From Octopus vulgaris (Eukaryota), in NCBI GenBank assembly GCA_951406725.2, contig OX597821.1, forward strand, positions 114,576,001 through 114,640,000: a DNA stretch of 64,000 nucleotides, read 5' to 3'. The notes under the pieces were generated by a model, which worked only from the letters and a program-made list of their open reading frames with translations, did no database searches and was not told the origin of the DNA. Positions 48,690-61,726 of this stretch are shown here, in pieces. The stretch's first letter is position 1. Every line of letters starts with the position of its first letter. Both the position numbers and the translations under genes were made by a program.

Positions 48690-48815
48690 TGGCCAATTAT
48701 AATTATAGCAATAATGCAGACTACAATTGTATAAATAGATATAATTGTCCTTTGAATGAGAATTGTCTAATTAACGATGCTGGATATAAATGTAGAGTTA
48801 GAAGCACTGCCACTA
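48405..48815 (+). mobile_element. Penelope-like element remnant (RT to GIY-YIG linker)
   Basis: WYNPP, KIFNGNITKLYYS and NCINRYNCPLNENCL....YKCRV match PLE linker motifs (WFNPP, KIFN..KxSYS, CNC...CPL..xCL...Y); interrupted by (AAT)n. Confidence 0.65.
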
Positions 48816-49237
48816 GGTAGGCTTATATAGGTTTAACAGTATGTGTGTGTGTAAGTATATATACATACACATACACACATATATATTGTATATAATGTGT
48901 GCATATAATTGTTTTTGTATGTATACGTGCAAATATGCATATATATCTGTGTGTATGTGTGTGTGTGTGTGTGTGTTATTGTTGCACTCACGATCGCAAG
49001 ATCGTGGTTTCGATTTATGGATGGGGCAGTGTATTGTGTACCGGCAATGCCGATAGGATGGAGGAGGCAAGTTGATGCGCTGCACAAACATATGATCACT
49101 GTAAACAAATCATCTTTGCTGGTTGTTCAGCAAAACTTTTCAGAACCCTTGTTTGTTCATAGAAATGTCCACCACATACATACATACATACACACACATA
49201 CATACATACTCACACACACATACATACACACACACAC

Positions 49238-50207
49238 ATGATGGCTGCCCCCTCGTTATCGAGTATGGCCATTGCACGAAGCTTAACTGCTATTGGTACT
49301 GTGATCGAATGTGACTCTAGCCCAGCTAAAAATCTACAATGTCTTATACAGAATTGGTAGCTAAAAACCTTTACCGGTAATAGCCGGCTGTAGTTGCAAC
49401 TGGGCTTCATGTACCTTTGCATGCCGTTTAAGTCCTCCCGCCGAATTATACTCTCTTCCACATGCCCGACAGATATGATTAGTATGGTGTGTAACACCAC
49501 CACCAGTGGTCATGTTGTCACTCATCTGTCTCGCTTTATGACTACGAAGATGACTCTTGAGTCCAGCTTTACTGAGGCAGGGTCTTGCACAGACACTGCA
49601 TGTCAGCATCATAGGAAGACCCTTCCCACCTGGAAGTGTAACAGCGATGCCCTTCCTGACATCCCTCCTTACTTTCTCAACTCGAGATTTCTCAAAAGTA
49701 GCTGTCCCCTCGTGTACAATCCTTCTCCACCTGCTACGATCAATAGCTATGCCCCCCCTCATGTGTCAGGAGAGATGCAAGCATCTTTTAAGGAAGCCTT
49801 CAGCAAGTCCTTATACCTCTTTTTTGGTTTATGTGGAGGTCGTTCTCCTTTAGCTAACTCTCCATAAAAGAGTTGTTTTGGCATCCTTGAATCCTTCATC
49901 CTGACCAGATACCACTCCATCTGAGCCTTTGCTTTAACACAAGAGCTTCTATACATTCGCACCGAGAGCCTTCCAATATTTCAAGATCACTGATGCGGTT
50001 CTCCCACTTAATGCCATAGATCCGCCTGAGACACATCTGATGGAAATGTTCCAGTTGTTTATGGTGGTATTGATATGTGACCCACGTCTCGCAGGCATAG
50101 AGAAAGGAAGGGAGCACACATGCCTTGTATACCTTTATCTTTGTCTTTCTGCATATGTCTCGCCGACTCCAGAGGCGCCTTTGTAGCCTTCCGAAAGCAA
50201 CACTTGC
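49238..50207 (-). mobile_element. RTE-clade LINE, 5'-truncated, with C-terminal zinc fingers
   Basis: LYACETW, RMPKQLFYGEL..GER...PKKRYKD.LK.SLK, CSVCARPCLSKAGLKSHLRSH, CRACGREYNSAGGLKRHAKVH; frameshifted. Confidence 0.88.
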
Positions 50208-50836
50208 TGGTGGAATGTACCCGTGAAGACCTTAATAAAATGTAAGTACAACAGATCTGATATAAGGATTTGAGATAGAGAAGAGAAACTGCGCACAGTT
50301 GTGGAAATTAGCTGCCCAGTGGATGTTAACATAAAGTTGAAGATCAGTGAAAAAGAGAACACCTACGCTTAACTATTGAGAAATCTGCAGTTATTCTATC
50401 CGGATAATAAGTTCAGGTTTATACCTGTAATTATGGGGTCTCTGGGATGTGTAACACACTGCCTAAATACTAATCTTGAGAAATTTGACTTCTCAAAACG
50501 AGAAAGGAGAAAGTTAATTTTAAGACTACAGATCGAATCCATCACTGGAACTGCAATAATCTACAAAACTTTCCAGAAGTTTATCATTTAAATATATATG
50601 AGCATGTCTAGATAGGCAACTGTATGCATGAGAGAACATACATAAAACATACAAATCTGCACATACATGCATGCATACAAACGTTGATGTTGAAATTCCA
50701 ATGAAGGAGCCTTGGATCTAGGTTAGAAACCGGTTCTTTCTCTATTGACAAGAAATCTGAAAATAAACTGAATAATGACATACATACATACATACATACA
50801 TACATACATACATACATACATACATACATACATACA
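50208..50836 (+). mobile_element. R4/Dong-like RLE-type non-LTR retrotransposon 3' end with (TACA)n tail
   Basis: WWNVPVKT..KCKYNR.DI...REEK...VVEISCP.D.NI...EKENTY, FIPVIMGSLG (restriction-like endonuclease); in-frame stops. Confidence 0.8.
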
Positions 50837-51580
50837 ATGGAGAATAAATGATAGCTGGCCTAGGTTACTGTTTCACAATTTGAGAATGTCTTTTTCATTA
50901 CTTTGTTCTAGAAGTAAAACAAAAAAGGTGAAGACAAAAATAAAATTCCATTCCATTCCAGGCGTTACTAGTCGTAGGTAATGTACCTTATCGTCCTCAG
51001 ACCCTACAACATCAGCATCCAAATGTTAGATTAATGTTTAAATTGCCAAATATAACGTCTCTTTTGAAAATCATTGACCAAGGTATAATTACAATATTTA
51101 AAGAGTATTGTCTTCAATAAACGTTTGGTCAGTTAATAAATGTTATTTGATAAGGAAGGAGGCCCAACATTAAAAGAATTTAGGGAAATCCTTCGATATT
51201 TTGTCTGCAGTAAAAACAATAAAGGACCTAGAAACAATAGCCACAGCGAAAAATATGGGAGAAATTCCGACCATATTCTGGTCTTAATTCATGGAGTATC
51301 TTGAGGGATTTGAAGAACAAGTCGAAATTGTTCGGAGTGAAAGAAGAAACACAGATCTAAAAAACGAACACTACAATGGGAGAATATCAGGAAGTTGTGG
51401 AAGATATAACAATAGGCTATAGGCGCAGGCCTGGTTGTGTATTTAAGAAGGTCGTATTGCAACCTCGTGATTTCAAGTTCAGTCCTATTGTGATCAAATG
51501 TCATCTAATACCTTGTGAGTAAATGTGGTAGACGGAAACTACAGAAACTCGTCGTACACACACACACACATACATGTACC

Positions 51581-51744
51581 TACGTATGTATGTATGTATG
51601 TATGTATGTATGTATGTATGTATGTATGTATGTATGTATTTATGTATTTATGTATGTATGTATGTATGTATGTATGTATGTATGTATGTATGTATGTATG
51701 TATGTATGTATGTATGTATGTATGTATGTATGTATGCATGTATG

Positions 51745-51773
<29 letters not shown>
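51581..51773. repeat. (TATG)n microsatellite
   Basis: Directly visible; others at 50779-50836, 59650-59724 and 61800-61905. Confidence 0.95.
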
Positions 51774-51778
<5 letters not shown>

Positions 51779-52595
51779 TGTGTTTGTGTGTATTTGTGTA
51801 TGGCTGTCTCAGTGTGTCAGTTTGTCCCCACCGCCACCTCTTGACAACCGATGCTGGTTTGTTTACGTCCTCGTAACTTGACAGTTTGGCGAAAGTGACC
51901 GATAAAATTAGTACCAAATTAAAGAAAAAAAACATGACTACTGGGGCGATTTATTCTCCTAAACGTTTTAAGGTGGTGCCCCAGCATGGTCGCAGTCCAG
52001 TGACTGAAACAAGTAAAAGAAGAAATGGTAACTCGAGTTCCAAGATTCAACATTCCAAGCAAAGAAGAAAAGTTGCTGCCTAAATGTTATCTGTGCTGTC
52101 GTGAAATTTGTGAAGAAAGCTCTGCCGTAGAAGCAAGGAATTACAGATGCGTTTATAAAGAAATATTATAATGAATCATGTATTTCATTTTATTACTCCA
52201 CTGACACTGGCTCGAGAACGAAATTTGGTTAGGAGATGCAAACTCAGCTCCAAAACCTTTTACAAACAAGGTCTTATTGTATTTTTATTTATTTATTTAT
52301 TTATTTTTGTTCTTTGTTCTTTGAGAAGAAATCTAACTTCGAGCTACTTTTTACAGATCACTTTTTATTCACTGTTTTCTAATCCCGAGAAAAGTAAATA
52401 GGGGTGAAAACTTTGATTTTATACCCCACATAAATTTCTAGGGGGTGCCCTTTCACCCCCTGTTCCCGGGCCCATGTCCATTGGAATCAGTTCTGTAGCA
52501 ATATCGTTCCCTCATTGCTATCTTCACTGTTTGAGAAGAGTATTAAGAATGATCTCGTTCGAGATTACAAACATCTTCGGCTAGTCTAACATTGT

Positions 52596-53596
52596 TGTAA
52601 ACACTAATTCGATTGGCTGACACGTGGTCTCTACTACGTTCGCACCGCTGGTTGTCACGTGACGCGATTTGCCTCCGCTTATTTTCGCGCCATTGTTCCA
52701 AGCAGCCAATCACAGCTTTTCATTTCTGAAGTGCGTTTTGAGCCCAATAAACCTTATATAAAGAAGGGTTCTCAGATAAATATTCGTCTTAGGGTTTTAG
52801 TCCTTCTCAGGGCGAACCTCTGACCACACAGAGTTCGTCTTTGGTTCTAGTTCTTCTCAGAACGGACCTCTGACCACACAGAGCATACTCGACCATGTTC
52901 CAGTTCGAAAGGCAGGCGACCACCATTATATCAAGAGAAAAATAACCAAGCAGAATATATGATGAAGACGCAGCAAAAACCAAGCGACAAACACAACTCA
53001 TCGCCAAACATCGTCTCTATCTACTAAGATTTAATTTGTACACAAGACAACCACAGATTCAACTCTAGCGGTTAGGTGAACATCTCACCACGGGAAAAAA
53101 ACGGCTACAGTTAACACATCTGGAAGTATATTCATATCAAGAGAAAGATAAACACAAGTGATTCAATTAATCTCAACTACGAGACGCAACATCTTGATAT
53201 GGAACTCTTACACTCCGTGTACCTCATAAACGGTAAATCAATTATCTGTCTTGAGTTCTAGTTCTTCTAAGAACTACCTTAAGCCATCTGCTACTACCTG
53301 TTGCTAGGCTGATACCAACAACATGAATTGTGAACCAAATTCCATTGTTATTCCTCTGGTCAGTACCTTTTTATGCCTCACGAACACACAGACACAAAAA
53401 CATGCTAACACTTACAAACTTCCAACCAACAGGATTGTAAAATATGTAAAATGAATAATGTATATATCTCAAAGAGAAATCTTGTTGTCATTCCACTTGT
53501 ATTAGTTGGTCAGTAATAAATCTTTAAGAATATGACCACGTGCGACCGTGTTTCTTATACTCGAACGTATGAGTTCCTATTTTTATAGTTCTTACA
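52596..53596 (+). mobile_element. Solo LTR-like segment (about 1 kb)
   Basis: TGTAA...TTACA ends, CCAAT and TATATAAA at about 52705-52762, internal direct repeats (ACCTCTGACCACACAGAG x2), AATAAA at about 53515; TSD unclear. Confidence 0.5.
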
Positions 53597-53599
53597 AGT

Positions 53600-53850
53600 T
53601 TGCTCTAAATACTAAGAACAGTTCGGTGATTTAGTCTTCCATGTGTCATTATGTTCCTTAAGAAGTTCTTGTTGAGCTTTAATCTTCTGAAAGATCTCTC
53701 GGTAGATACTATCATAACGGATAATGTACAGAACACTGGCAATACGTTTGGTAAATGCCATTTGTGCATTGTTATCTTATTGAAAAGCTGATTTCGTCCG
53801 ATGTCTTTACAAAAATTTGAAGCATGTATTGTCTTGAAGTGTCTCATTTA
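53600..53850 (-). mobile_element. hAT transposase C-terminal remnant
   Basis: PNV...FCTL....STERSFRRLKLNKNFLRNIMTHGRLN...LSI. Confidence 0.8.
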
Positions 53851-54130
53851 ATCTTGTATAGATTCCGAGAGATTGTCTACGAATTATACAAAGCCGAGTT
53901 CATTTGCGTGTGCAAAGCCGAGTTCATTTTTACCTCCGCTAAGGAAGGAGGTTATGTTTTCATCGGCTATGGTTTGTCCGTCTGTGTGAAAAATAACTCA
54001 AAAAGTTGTGAACGGTATTTGATGAAATTTGCAGGAAAACTTGGTAATGACACAAGGAACAGATGATGATCCGGGAATTTTTATGGATTCTTGAAGGATT
54101 TTTCATTTGTTATATTTACTTTACATGAAA

Positions 54131-54642
54131 CTAGCAGTATCGCCCGGCGTTGCTTGGGTTTGTAAGGGAAATAACTATATAAGCATTTTTAGAGAGTTAC
54201 TTCCTTATAGATGCCAATTCGGGCTTTCTTAGCCATTTGTGTTTTAGTGTCTTCAAGCCATGAAGTCGTTGTTCTAAAAGAACGCTGGTCTCCTTGACAA
54301 CGCTTTACGACGTTGATTTCCTTACACTCCCTTCCCCACAGCTTCACGAGGGAGGGAAGAAGGGGGAGAAGCAAACAGGTGCAGGTGTGACCATGGACGC
54401 CAACTCCGCCGCCATCGACACACGAAAAATTATGCATTAAAATGGAATAAAAAATGATGTTAAATTATTTTTAAAATCATAGACTCATCGTAGACGCGCG
54501 CTAATACCCAGACGGGCTCGACATGAATCACGACTATAAGATACCCGAATTTGGTTAAACTGCACCGCAAAATGTGGGAGTAGTTAGGAATCTAAATCGA
54601 AGGGGACAGACACTCACACAACTACAGTTTTATATATATAGA
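54131..54642 (-). mobile_element. Non-autonomous Helitron
   Basis: On the minus strand: A|TCTATATATA...CTAG|T with a subterminal hairpin (GCCCGGCGTTGCTTGGGT), no TSD. Confidence 0.75.
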
Positions 54643-54799
54643 TATTACAATGTTACGTTCTTTTATTGTCTCCCTTGAAAACACGTTCATTTCCACGTAA
54701 CCTATGGTGGCGTTGCTGATTCCAAAGTTTATTTTCGTTTCTCTATTAGTAATTTTACTTGCGAATCTAACTTAAAAGGAACTGCTTGGCAGAGGTCAG

Positions 54800-55285
54800 C
54801 GGAGGGTGATATGACAAGCCTTGACTATTGGGATCGACTCAAAAAGCTCAGGCTTTGCTCCCTCCACCGTCGCTGTGAGCTCTATATCATCTGTAAGATG
54901 TAGAAAATATTCCAACAACATTGCCCATCTTTAAAATTCGGCCGCGGCTTGGCCCCCCCCCCCCCCCCGTGCCATCCATCCACTACAGAAATGTTCGTGT
55001 GGTATCACAACACTATGACAAAACTATTTCACCTCAATTGGCCCTGCTCTCTTCAACATCGTGCCAGACACACAAAAAGGAGGAAAATGACTTCACGGCA
55101 TTCAAACGATCCCTAGATGATTACCCCCAACAAATGCCAGATATGTCTCTGAAAACAATAACCCTCTGCTTGAATGGGCTACGGTTCCCCAGAGCTGACT
55201 GTGTATCTCTTCCAGGTGGTGCTATTAAATTAGACATGGCCAGAGTCAACGTCGGCCGAAACTTATCTCAGTAATCTAATCTATG
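54800..55285 (+). mobile_element. CR1/L2-like LINE 3' remnant
   Basis: LDYWDRLKKLRL.SL.RR.E.YII, GP.LFN, AFKRSLD; short (TAATC)-type tail. Confidence 0.7.
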
Positions 55286-56779
55286 CTGTAACATTTTTAA
55301 TCAAAGCGTAACAACGTGGGTAGAGGCTGATATCTTAACATTTCTGATGGTCTTAAGTATAAAAAAAAATATAGAACTACATTCAGAGTATGTCTATAAG
55401 CTATTGTGTTTAGACCTGGTTTTAATAAAGCAATCCGAAAGTAGAAAAATAAAAAATCTGCAACAATCTCGGTCCCACGAATATCGGATAATGGATTTTC
55501 AACTGTGTAAAGAAACTGATTGTGGTGATCGTAGTTTTGACGGTAATTGTGGTGAAAGCAGAGACAGCGTTGATGATGACGATGGTCGAGATAAGTATGG
55601 GTTAAAATAGGGTCTCTGTTATGTTTTTGCCGGCGTTGGTTTGGGAAATTGGGCAATTTTCAGCATGCGTGTATATGAGTGGAAATGAGCAGCTTGGTGG
55701 AGGTCTGCGCTCTCCGAGTGCTTTTATAGTTAATATTGATTTCAAGTTCAGGGGAGGGGCTAAGCCGATTACATCGACTCCCAGTACTTAACTGATACTT
55801 ATTTTATCGACTCTGAAAGGATTAAAGGCAAAGTCGACCTCAGCGGAATTATAATTCAGAGCATAACAACGGACGAAATGCCGCTAAGCATTTTGTCCGG
55901 CATGCTAACGATTCTGCCAGCTCGCCACCTTTAGTTCATTTTTAATATTGCCACGGAATGCAACAGAATTTATTAATTGTGTTCGAACACTGAAACTGCT
56001 TTGGCACTTCTGCAGTCACTTTGAAAATTCTTCAGTATTTTAATTTTTAAAGTTTCCGGGGTTAATTTCTATCAGCTCAACGTTTCCAAACCAAATTGCT
56101 CAAAGAAGGTATTAAAAACTTAGTGTATGATAAGAAGCTTGATTCCCAACCACATGATTCCGGGTTCAATCCAACTGCGTGGCACCTCGAGCAAGTGGCT
56201 TCTACTATAATCTCGGGCCGACCAAAGCTTTGTGAGTGGATTTGGTAGACGGAAACTGAAAGAAGCGCGTCGTATATATGTATGTGTCCATGTATGTATA
56301 TGTATATGTGTCTGTGTTTGTCCTCCCACGATCACTTGACAACCGATGCTGGTGTGTTTACGTCCCAGTAACTTACCGGTTCGGCATAATAGACCGATAG
56401 AATAAGTACTACACTTACAAAGAATAAGTCCTGGGGTCGATTCGTTCGACTAAAGGTGGTGCTCCAGCATGGCCACAGTCAAATGACTAAAACCAATAAA
56501 ATAGTATTCATTCGGCGTCATATTTTTATAGGAAAATGACTTTCCTGCTTTAACAAGAATAAAAAACGATTTAGAGGAGTCGTGTGCCGGTAGAAGATGA
56601 TATGTAAGTTGCCTCGGAAAATATTCGACCCAGGATTGATGAGCTTGTTAATAAACATAATTAACAATGTCTTACATTTTTATTTCTGTGCGTGTATTAC
56701 TTCTGGTTAATTTATGTATTATTGTATTTTCAGCTTTTTAAGCATGTTTACAACCATCGAAATATTGGTATTAAATTTT

Positions 56780-57162
56780 GGCTCAGGCCAGTAATTTGGG
56801 AATGGAGGGTAAATCGATTGCATCGATCCCAGTGCTCAAGTGGAACTTGTTTTATCAACTCCGAAGGATTGAAAGGCGAAGTCGACCTCGGTGGAATTTG
56901 AACTCAGAATGTAGCGATAGACGAAATACAAATTTCTTTACTACCCCAAAGGGGCTAAATACAGAGAGGACAAACAAGGACAGACAAACGGATTAAGTCG
57001 ATTATATCGACCTAGTGCGCAACTGGTACTTATTTTATCGACCCCGAAAGGATGAAAGGCAAAGTCGACCTCGGCGGAATTTGAACTCAAAGCGTAGCGG
57101 CAGACGAAATACCGCTAAGCATTTCGCCCGCCATGCTAACGTTTCTGCTAGCCCGCCGCCTT
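56780..57162 (-). mobile_element. Dimeric tRNA-derived SINE (family B)
   Basis: Body GAGTTCAAATTCCGCCGAGGTCGACTTTGCCTTTCATCC present twice around a shared linker; same structure at 6630-7023. Monomers at about 9533-9740(+), 10263-10475(+), 31018-31248(-), 55745-55930(-). Confidence 0.8.
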
Positions 57163-57442
57163 GTAAAACAACCGAAGTAATACTAAATGGAGTTAATAAA
57201 TATTAATAAATGGAGTTTAAAATGATATCAGTACTGAAGGGACAATAAATATTTTAATAAGTTACCGAATTAACTGAAAAATTAAAAATATAATTTTGTT
57301 TTACCTTCGGTGGGCCATTGCACCAGTGATAAGCACACTCTATCTCTATTATCATTATTACGGTGTCAGGTGTAATAATAATAACAGGATTTTATGATTC
57401 AGTGTGACCATGTCATGAGATAGAGAATAGGAAGCCTGATAC

Positions 57443-57605
57443 AGGCGCAGGAGTGGCCGTGTGGTAAGTAACTTGCTTACCAACACATGGTTCCGGGTTC
57501 AGTCCCACTGCGTGGCACCTTGGGCAAGTGTCTTCTACTATAGCCTCGGGCCGACCAAAGCCTTGTGAGTGGATTTGGTAGACAGAAACTGAAAAGAAGC
57601 CCGTC

Positions 57606-57661
<56 letters not shown>

Positions 57662-57882
57662 CTGTGTCTGTGTGTGTGTGTGTGTGTGTCTGTCCCCCAA
57701 CATCGCTTGACAACCGATGCTGGTGTGTTTACGCCCACTTAACTTAGCGGTTCGGCAAAGGAGAACGATAGAATAAGAACTAGGCTTCCAAAGAATAAGT
57801 CCTGGGGTCGATTTGCTCGACTAAAGGCGGTGCTCCAGCATGGCCGCAGTCAAGTGACTGAAACAGGTAAAAGAGTAAAAGA
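57443..57882 (+). mobile_element. Full-length tRNA-derived SINE (family A) with an internal microsatellite
   Basis: GGCGCAGGAGTGGCCGTGTGG...GGTTCAGTCCC head, core, (TA)/(TG)n, tail ending GTAAAAGA. Other copies: about 2240-2920(-), 21580-22105(-), 41645-42045(-), 44230-44588(-), 47810-48218(+), 51421-52022(+), 56125-56500(+). Confidence 0.85.
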
Positions 57883-57884
57883 GT

Positions 57885-58195
57885 ATATAGTGTTAATTGA
57901 GAAAGAAAACAAACTATGCTGGATCATAGACATAGCATGCCCAGCCGACAACAAGATATGCGATAAGGAAGAAAGAAAAGTTGAGAGATATGACAGGTTA
58001 GCTTGGGAAGTTAAGCAGTTGTGGTCGATGAAAAAGGTAGCAGTAGTACCAATAATTGTCGGAGCCCTGGGAACAGTGAGTAAAAATCTCGAGAGGTACG
58101 TGGAACAAATAGGGGCTGCAATAAGGGTGGAACACTTGCAGAAAACTGCACTGCTTGGAACCGCTTGAATACTCCGGATGGTGCTCGAAAAATAA
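57885..58195 (+). mobile_element. R4/Dong-like RLE domain fragment
   Basis: IVLIEKENKLCWIIDIACPAD..I.DKEERKVERY..L..EV..LW....VVPIIVGALG...LQKTALLGTA. Confidence 0.85.
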
Positions 58196-59168
58196 GCTGA
58201 CACTGTTGAACATCTCCAGCGTTAGAAGCCGTGGGTAGTAAAGAAATAGGTATTACAACAGACAAATTCTGTGACATTCATGAAATCTGAGGATTCGATC
58301 AGCTATAACTAAGATTTTTCTGGTGAAAATCTTAGATTTTCGCACAGTCTGTACATACATATCTTAAACGGAGAAGTGCGCATACCAAAAGAGATTTAAC
58401 TAGCAAAGTGTTGGGGTATGAGATCCTCACATTGTTTTCTGATGAAGGTTTTTCATTTTGTCCACAAGAAACTTTCTCGGCATTTTAATTTATTGTAGTA
58501 CTTGTTTTCTTGCAGCAGTTACTTTGTTGATATCTTCATCTTTAAAGAAACTTTTCACGTTGATCTCAGTGCATGTATCTGGAATTTCATACCAGATGAA
58601 AATGTGGAACATGAAATAAAATCAAGAATTATTCTTGAGAGTTTACGTCAAAATGTACAAGTTGGTAGGGTGTAGAGGTAAACAGTCTCGAGCCATTTCC
58701 TTGAGCTGAACACTTCATTTTTGTCATAGTTCCAGTTCACTCAGCTGTAAAATGAGTAACCCTGCGACGGACTGGCGTCTTCTACTACAACTGGGACACG
58801 TGTACCAATGTTGCGGTTTCATGGATAATTCGCGAATATTTTTTCAAAAAAATTTACTTGAGATATGTAAGTATGTATGTGTATATATAGACAGTTAAAT
58901 CAACATTTTTTTTTTCATTCTCTCTCTGATAATTTTCTCTTATTCCTTTCTGTTAAAGAGCGTAAGCTCGAAACGTAAAAGACTTTTTCATTTTCTCGAG
59001 AGCAATACACTTTCTTGTTGTACACACACCTATCTTCATATTTTGGTTTTCTATAAATCTCAACAGATGCGTACTTGTAGTGATAAATTACATGGTTATT
59101 GACGTTATGTCTATTTTCGGCATATTTTGGCATTAGAAAAATTTTTCTTCTGCCCTTACTTATAAATT

Positions 59169-59218
<50 letters not shown>

Positions 59219-60174
59219 GTATTTATAATATGTATATATATGTGTGTATGTGTGTCTGCATATATATATGTATATATGTATGTATATATTTCTTCGAGAT
59301 ATATATATCTGCTGAGACCACCTTCGGTCATGACTTAGCATGATATTGCACCTAGAAAGTTACCCTCCCAGGCACAAGTCCGGACAAGGTTGTTTATGGA
59401 AGACCAGCAGTCACCCATGCATACCAGCCTCCCCTCTCCACGCCACCTGTGTTATCCAAGGGAAAGGCAACGGCCGATACAGCTTGGCACCTGTGACGTC
59501 GCAACTCATTTATACAGCTGAGTGAGCTGGAGCAACGTGAAATAAAGTGTCTTGCTCAAGAACACAACTCGCAGCCCGGTCCGAGATTCGAACTCACAAC
59601 CTCACAATCGTAAGCTCGACGCTCTAACCAATGAGCCGTGCGTCTTCACATACATACATACATACATACATACATACATACATACATACATACATACATA
59701 CATACATACATACATACATACATACGTATGTATGGGCGCATCACCTAGTGGTCAGGGTGTTGCGCTCTTGATCGCGAAGCTGAATTCAATTCCTAGGCCG
59801 GATGATGCATTCTGTTCTTGAGCCAAAACACTTTATCTCATGTTGCTTCGCTTTCGTTTCGACACCTGACGCGTGTTATACCGTGCACCTGTTCAGACAA
59901 CGTCCATTTGATGGCGAGAGTGAGTTAATGTGCGGCACGAACGTTTGATCACTATAAACAAGACATTTGTGCAGGGCGTTCGGCAAAAACTGAACGCTCA
60001 TATGTTGCCTTCGACGGGAGTATCCATCACACACACACACACACGCACACACACACAGTGAAAATCTTCGTTAGAAAGATTCCGCCCCCCCCACGTGGTT
60101 AGTTCTAGTGAAAAATATAAAAAGAAGGAAAATGAATAGAATATATATATATTTTATGAGATAAAATATTTATA

Positions 60175-60700
60175 CAGTTGCGGCCAAAATGTTCAGAACG
60201 GCATTGTTTTCGTCAGAAAAGTAGGTATAAGTTTTTATCAAAGTTGTTTTATATTCTATAATTTTCACAGAAAATAAATAGGATATTAATTGTTATTGTC
60301 GGAGATTTTGGTGTAATTTGAGAGGACAATACAAAAGTTATTACCAGCAAGAAATTGAAAATTTAATTTCCTCATGCAGTCGAAGATGTCAAAGTGTGAT
60401 TGAAGCTAAAGGGCTTCACACTAAATATTAAATAATTCCAGTATTCTCTGTCATTTTTGATTATTTTGTTATTTTTCAACCGTTCTGATAATTTTGGCCG
60501 CTATGGGTTTTGTAGTAAATCACTAAATCATCCATAACTTTTGTATTATCCTCTCAAATTACACCAACATCTCAGACAATAACAAATAATATCGTATTTA
60601 TTGTCTGTGAAATATATAGAATATAAAACAACTTTGATAAAGAATTATACCTACTTTTCTGACAAAAACAATGCCGTTCTGAACATTTTGGCCGCAACTG
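60175..60700. mobile_element. Tc1-derived MITE with ~165-bp TIRs and TA TSD
   Basis: TA-CAGTTGCGGCCAAAATGTTCAGAACGG...CCGTTCTGAACATTTTGGCCGCAACTG-TA; internal Tc1 C-terminus NLISSCSRRCQSVIEAKGLHTKY*. Confidence 0.9.
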
Positions 60701-60909
60701 TATAGTCAACCGGTTTTGCTTTTGCTAATCATGATTAAGAAATTAGTGAAAATATTGCAATTTCATGGTATCATAAGAAGTTTTTAGTCTATATTAGTAG
60801 CGGAAAAGTTGTTTCGTAAATGAATAAGTAGCTAAATAAATCTAAGAGGAGGTAATCATTGATTGCTATTATTCGAGGCGGGGGAGGTATTCACTCTTTT
60901 TTTGGAGGG

Positions 60910-60947
<38 letters not shown>

Positions 60948-61189
60948 TCATATTTGATAAGTTGATTTAGCTGCATACCACATATATGCGTCGTCATCAC
61001 AGATATGCGTAATCACAGGTATGTACTAAGTCTGGTGATGTAGACGCATATCTACACCTACAAAATACCGACTGACAGACAACTGAATAAACTTATAAAA
61101 TCTTTTGCTGCGGAAATTGTTTCCGAAGAAAAAATGCTCCTCACAGTCAGCGTATGCGGAATGTCCTTTCATGTCCGAGCCAAGTATAA

Positions 61190-61192
<3 letters not shown>

Positions 61193-61275
<83 letters not shown>

Positions 61276-61302
61276 CACACACAAACACACACACACACAC
61301 AC
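61193..61302. repeat. (CA)n microsatellite
   Basis: Directly visible. Confidence 0.95.
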
Positions 61303-61595
61303 TTCCCCACTCTCTCTCTTTCTCACATACACACATACCCTCACACTAAAATACATATTGCAAGTTACATGAAGACCTCACAAGTGCCGGTTCCATTCTT
61401 TAAAGTGGTTGGCATTAGGAGTGGCATCCAGCTGTAGAAACACGCCAAAGCAGCCATTGGAGCGTGACGTGGTCCTCGTGACCCGTCGGGTCCTGTCAAA
61501 CCGCCCAACTCATGCCAACATGGAAGATAAGTGATAATGATGATGATGTTGATACATACAGACATACATACATAAATATATATATATATATATAA

Positions 61596-61628
<33 letters not shown>

Positions 61629-61630
61629 AA

Positions 61631-61661
<31 letters not shown>

Positions 61662-61676
61662 CACACACATATATAT

Positions 61677-61726
<50 letters not shown>

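Larger units (their letters stand above)
53929..55731 (+). mobile_element. Helentron/DINE-like non-autonomous element(s) with nested insertions
   Basis: TTACCTCCGCTAAGGAAGGAGGTTATGTTTTC start and CTTGGTGGAGGTCTGCGCTCTCCGAGTGCTTTT end (subterminal IR plus 3' hairpin). Confidence 0.55.

Noticed and set aside
51515-51935. ORFs such as MYVCMYVC... and HTHT... (also 777-1167, 61026-61783, 63514-63812)
   Set aside because: Translations of microsatellites
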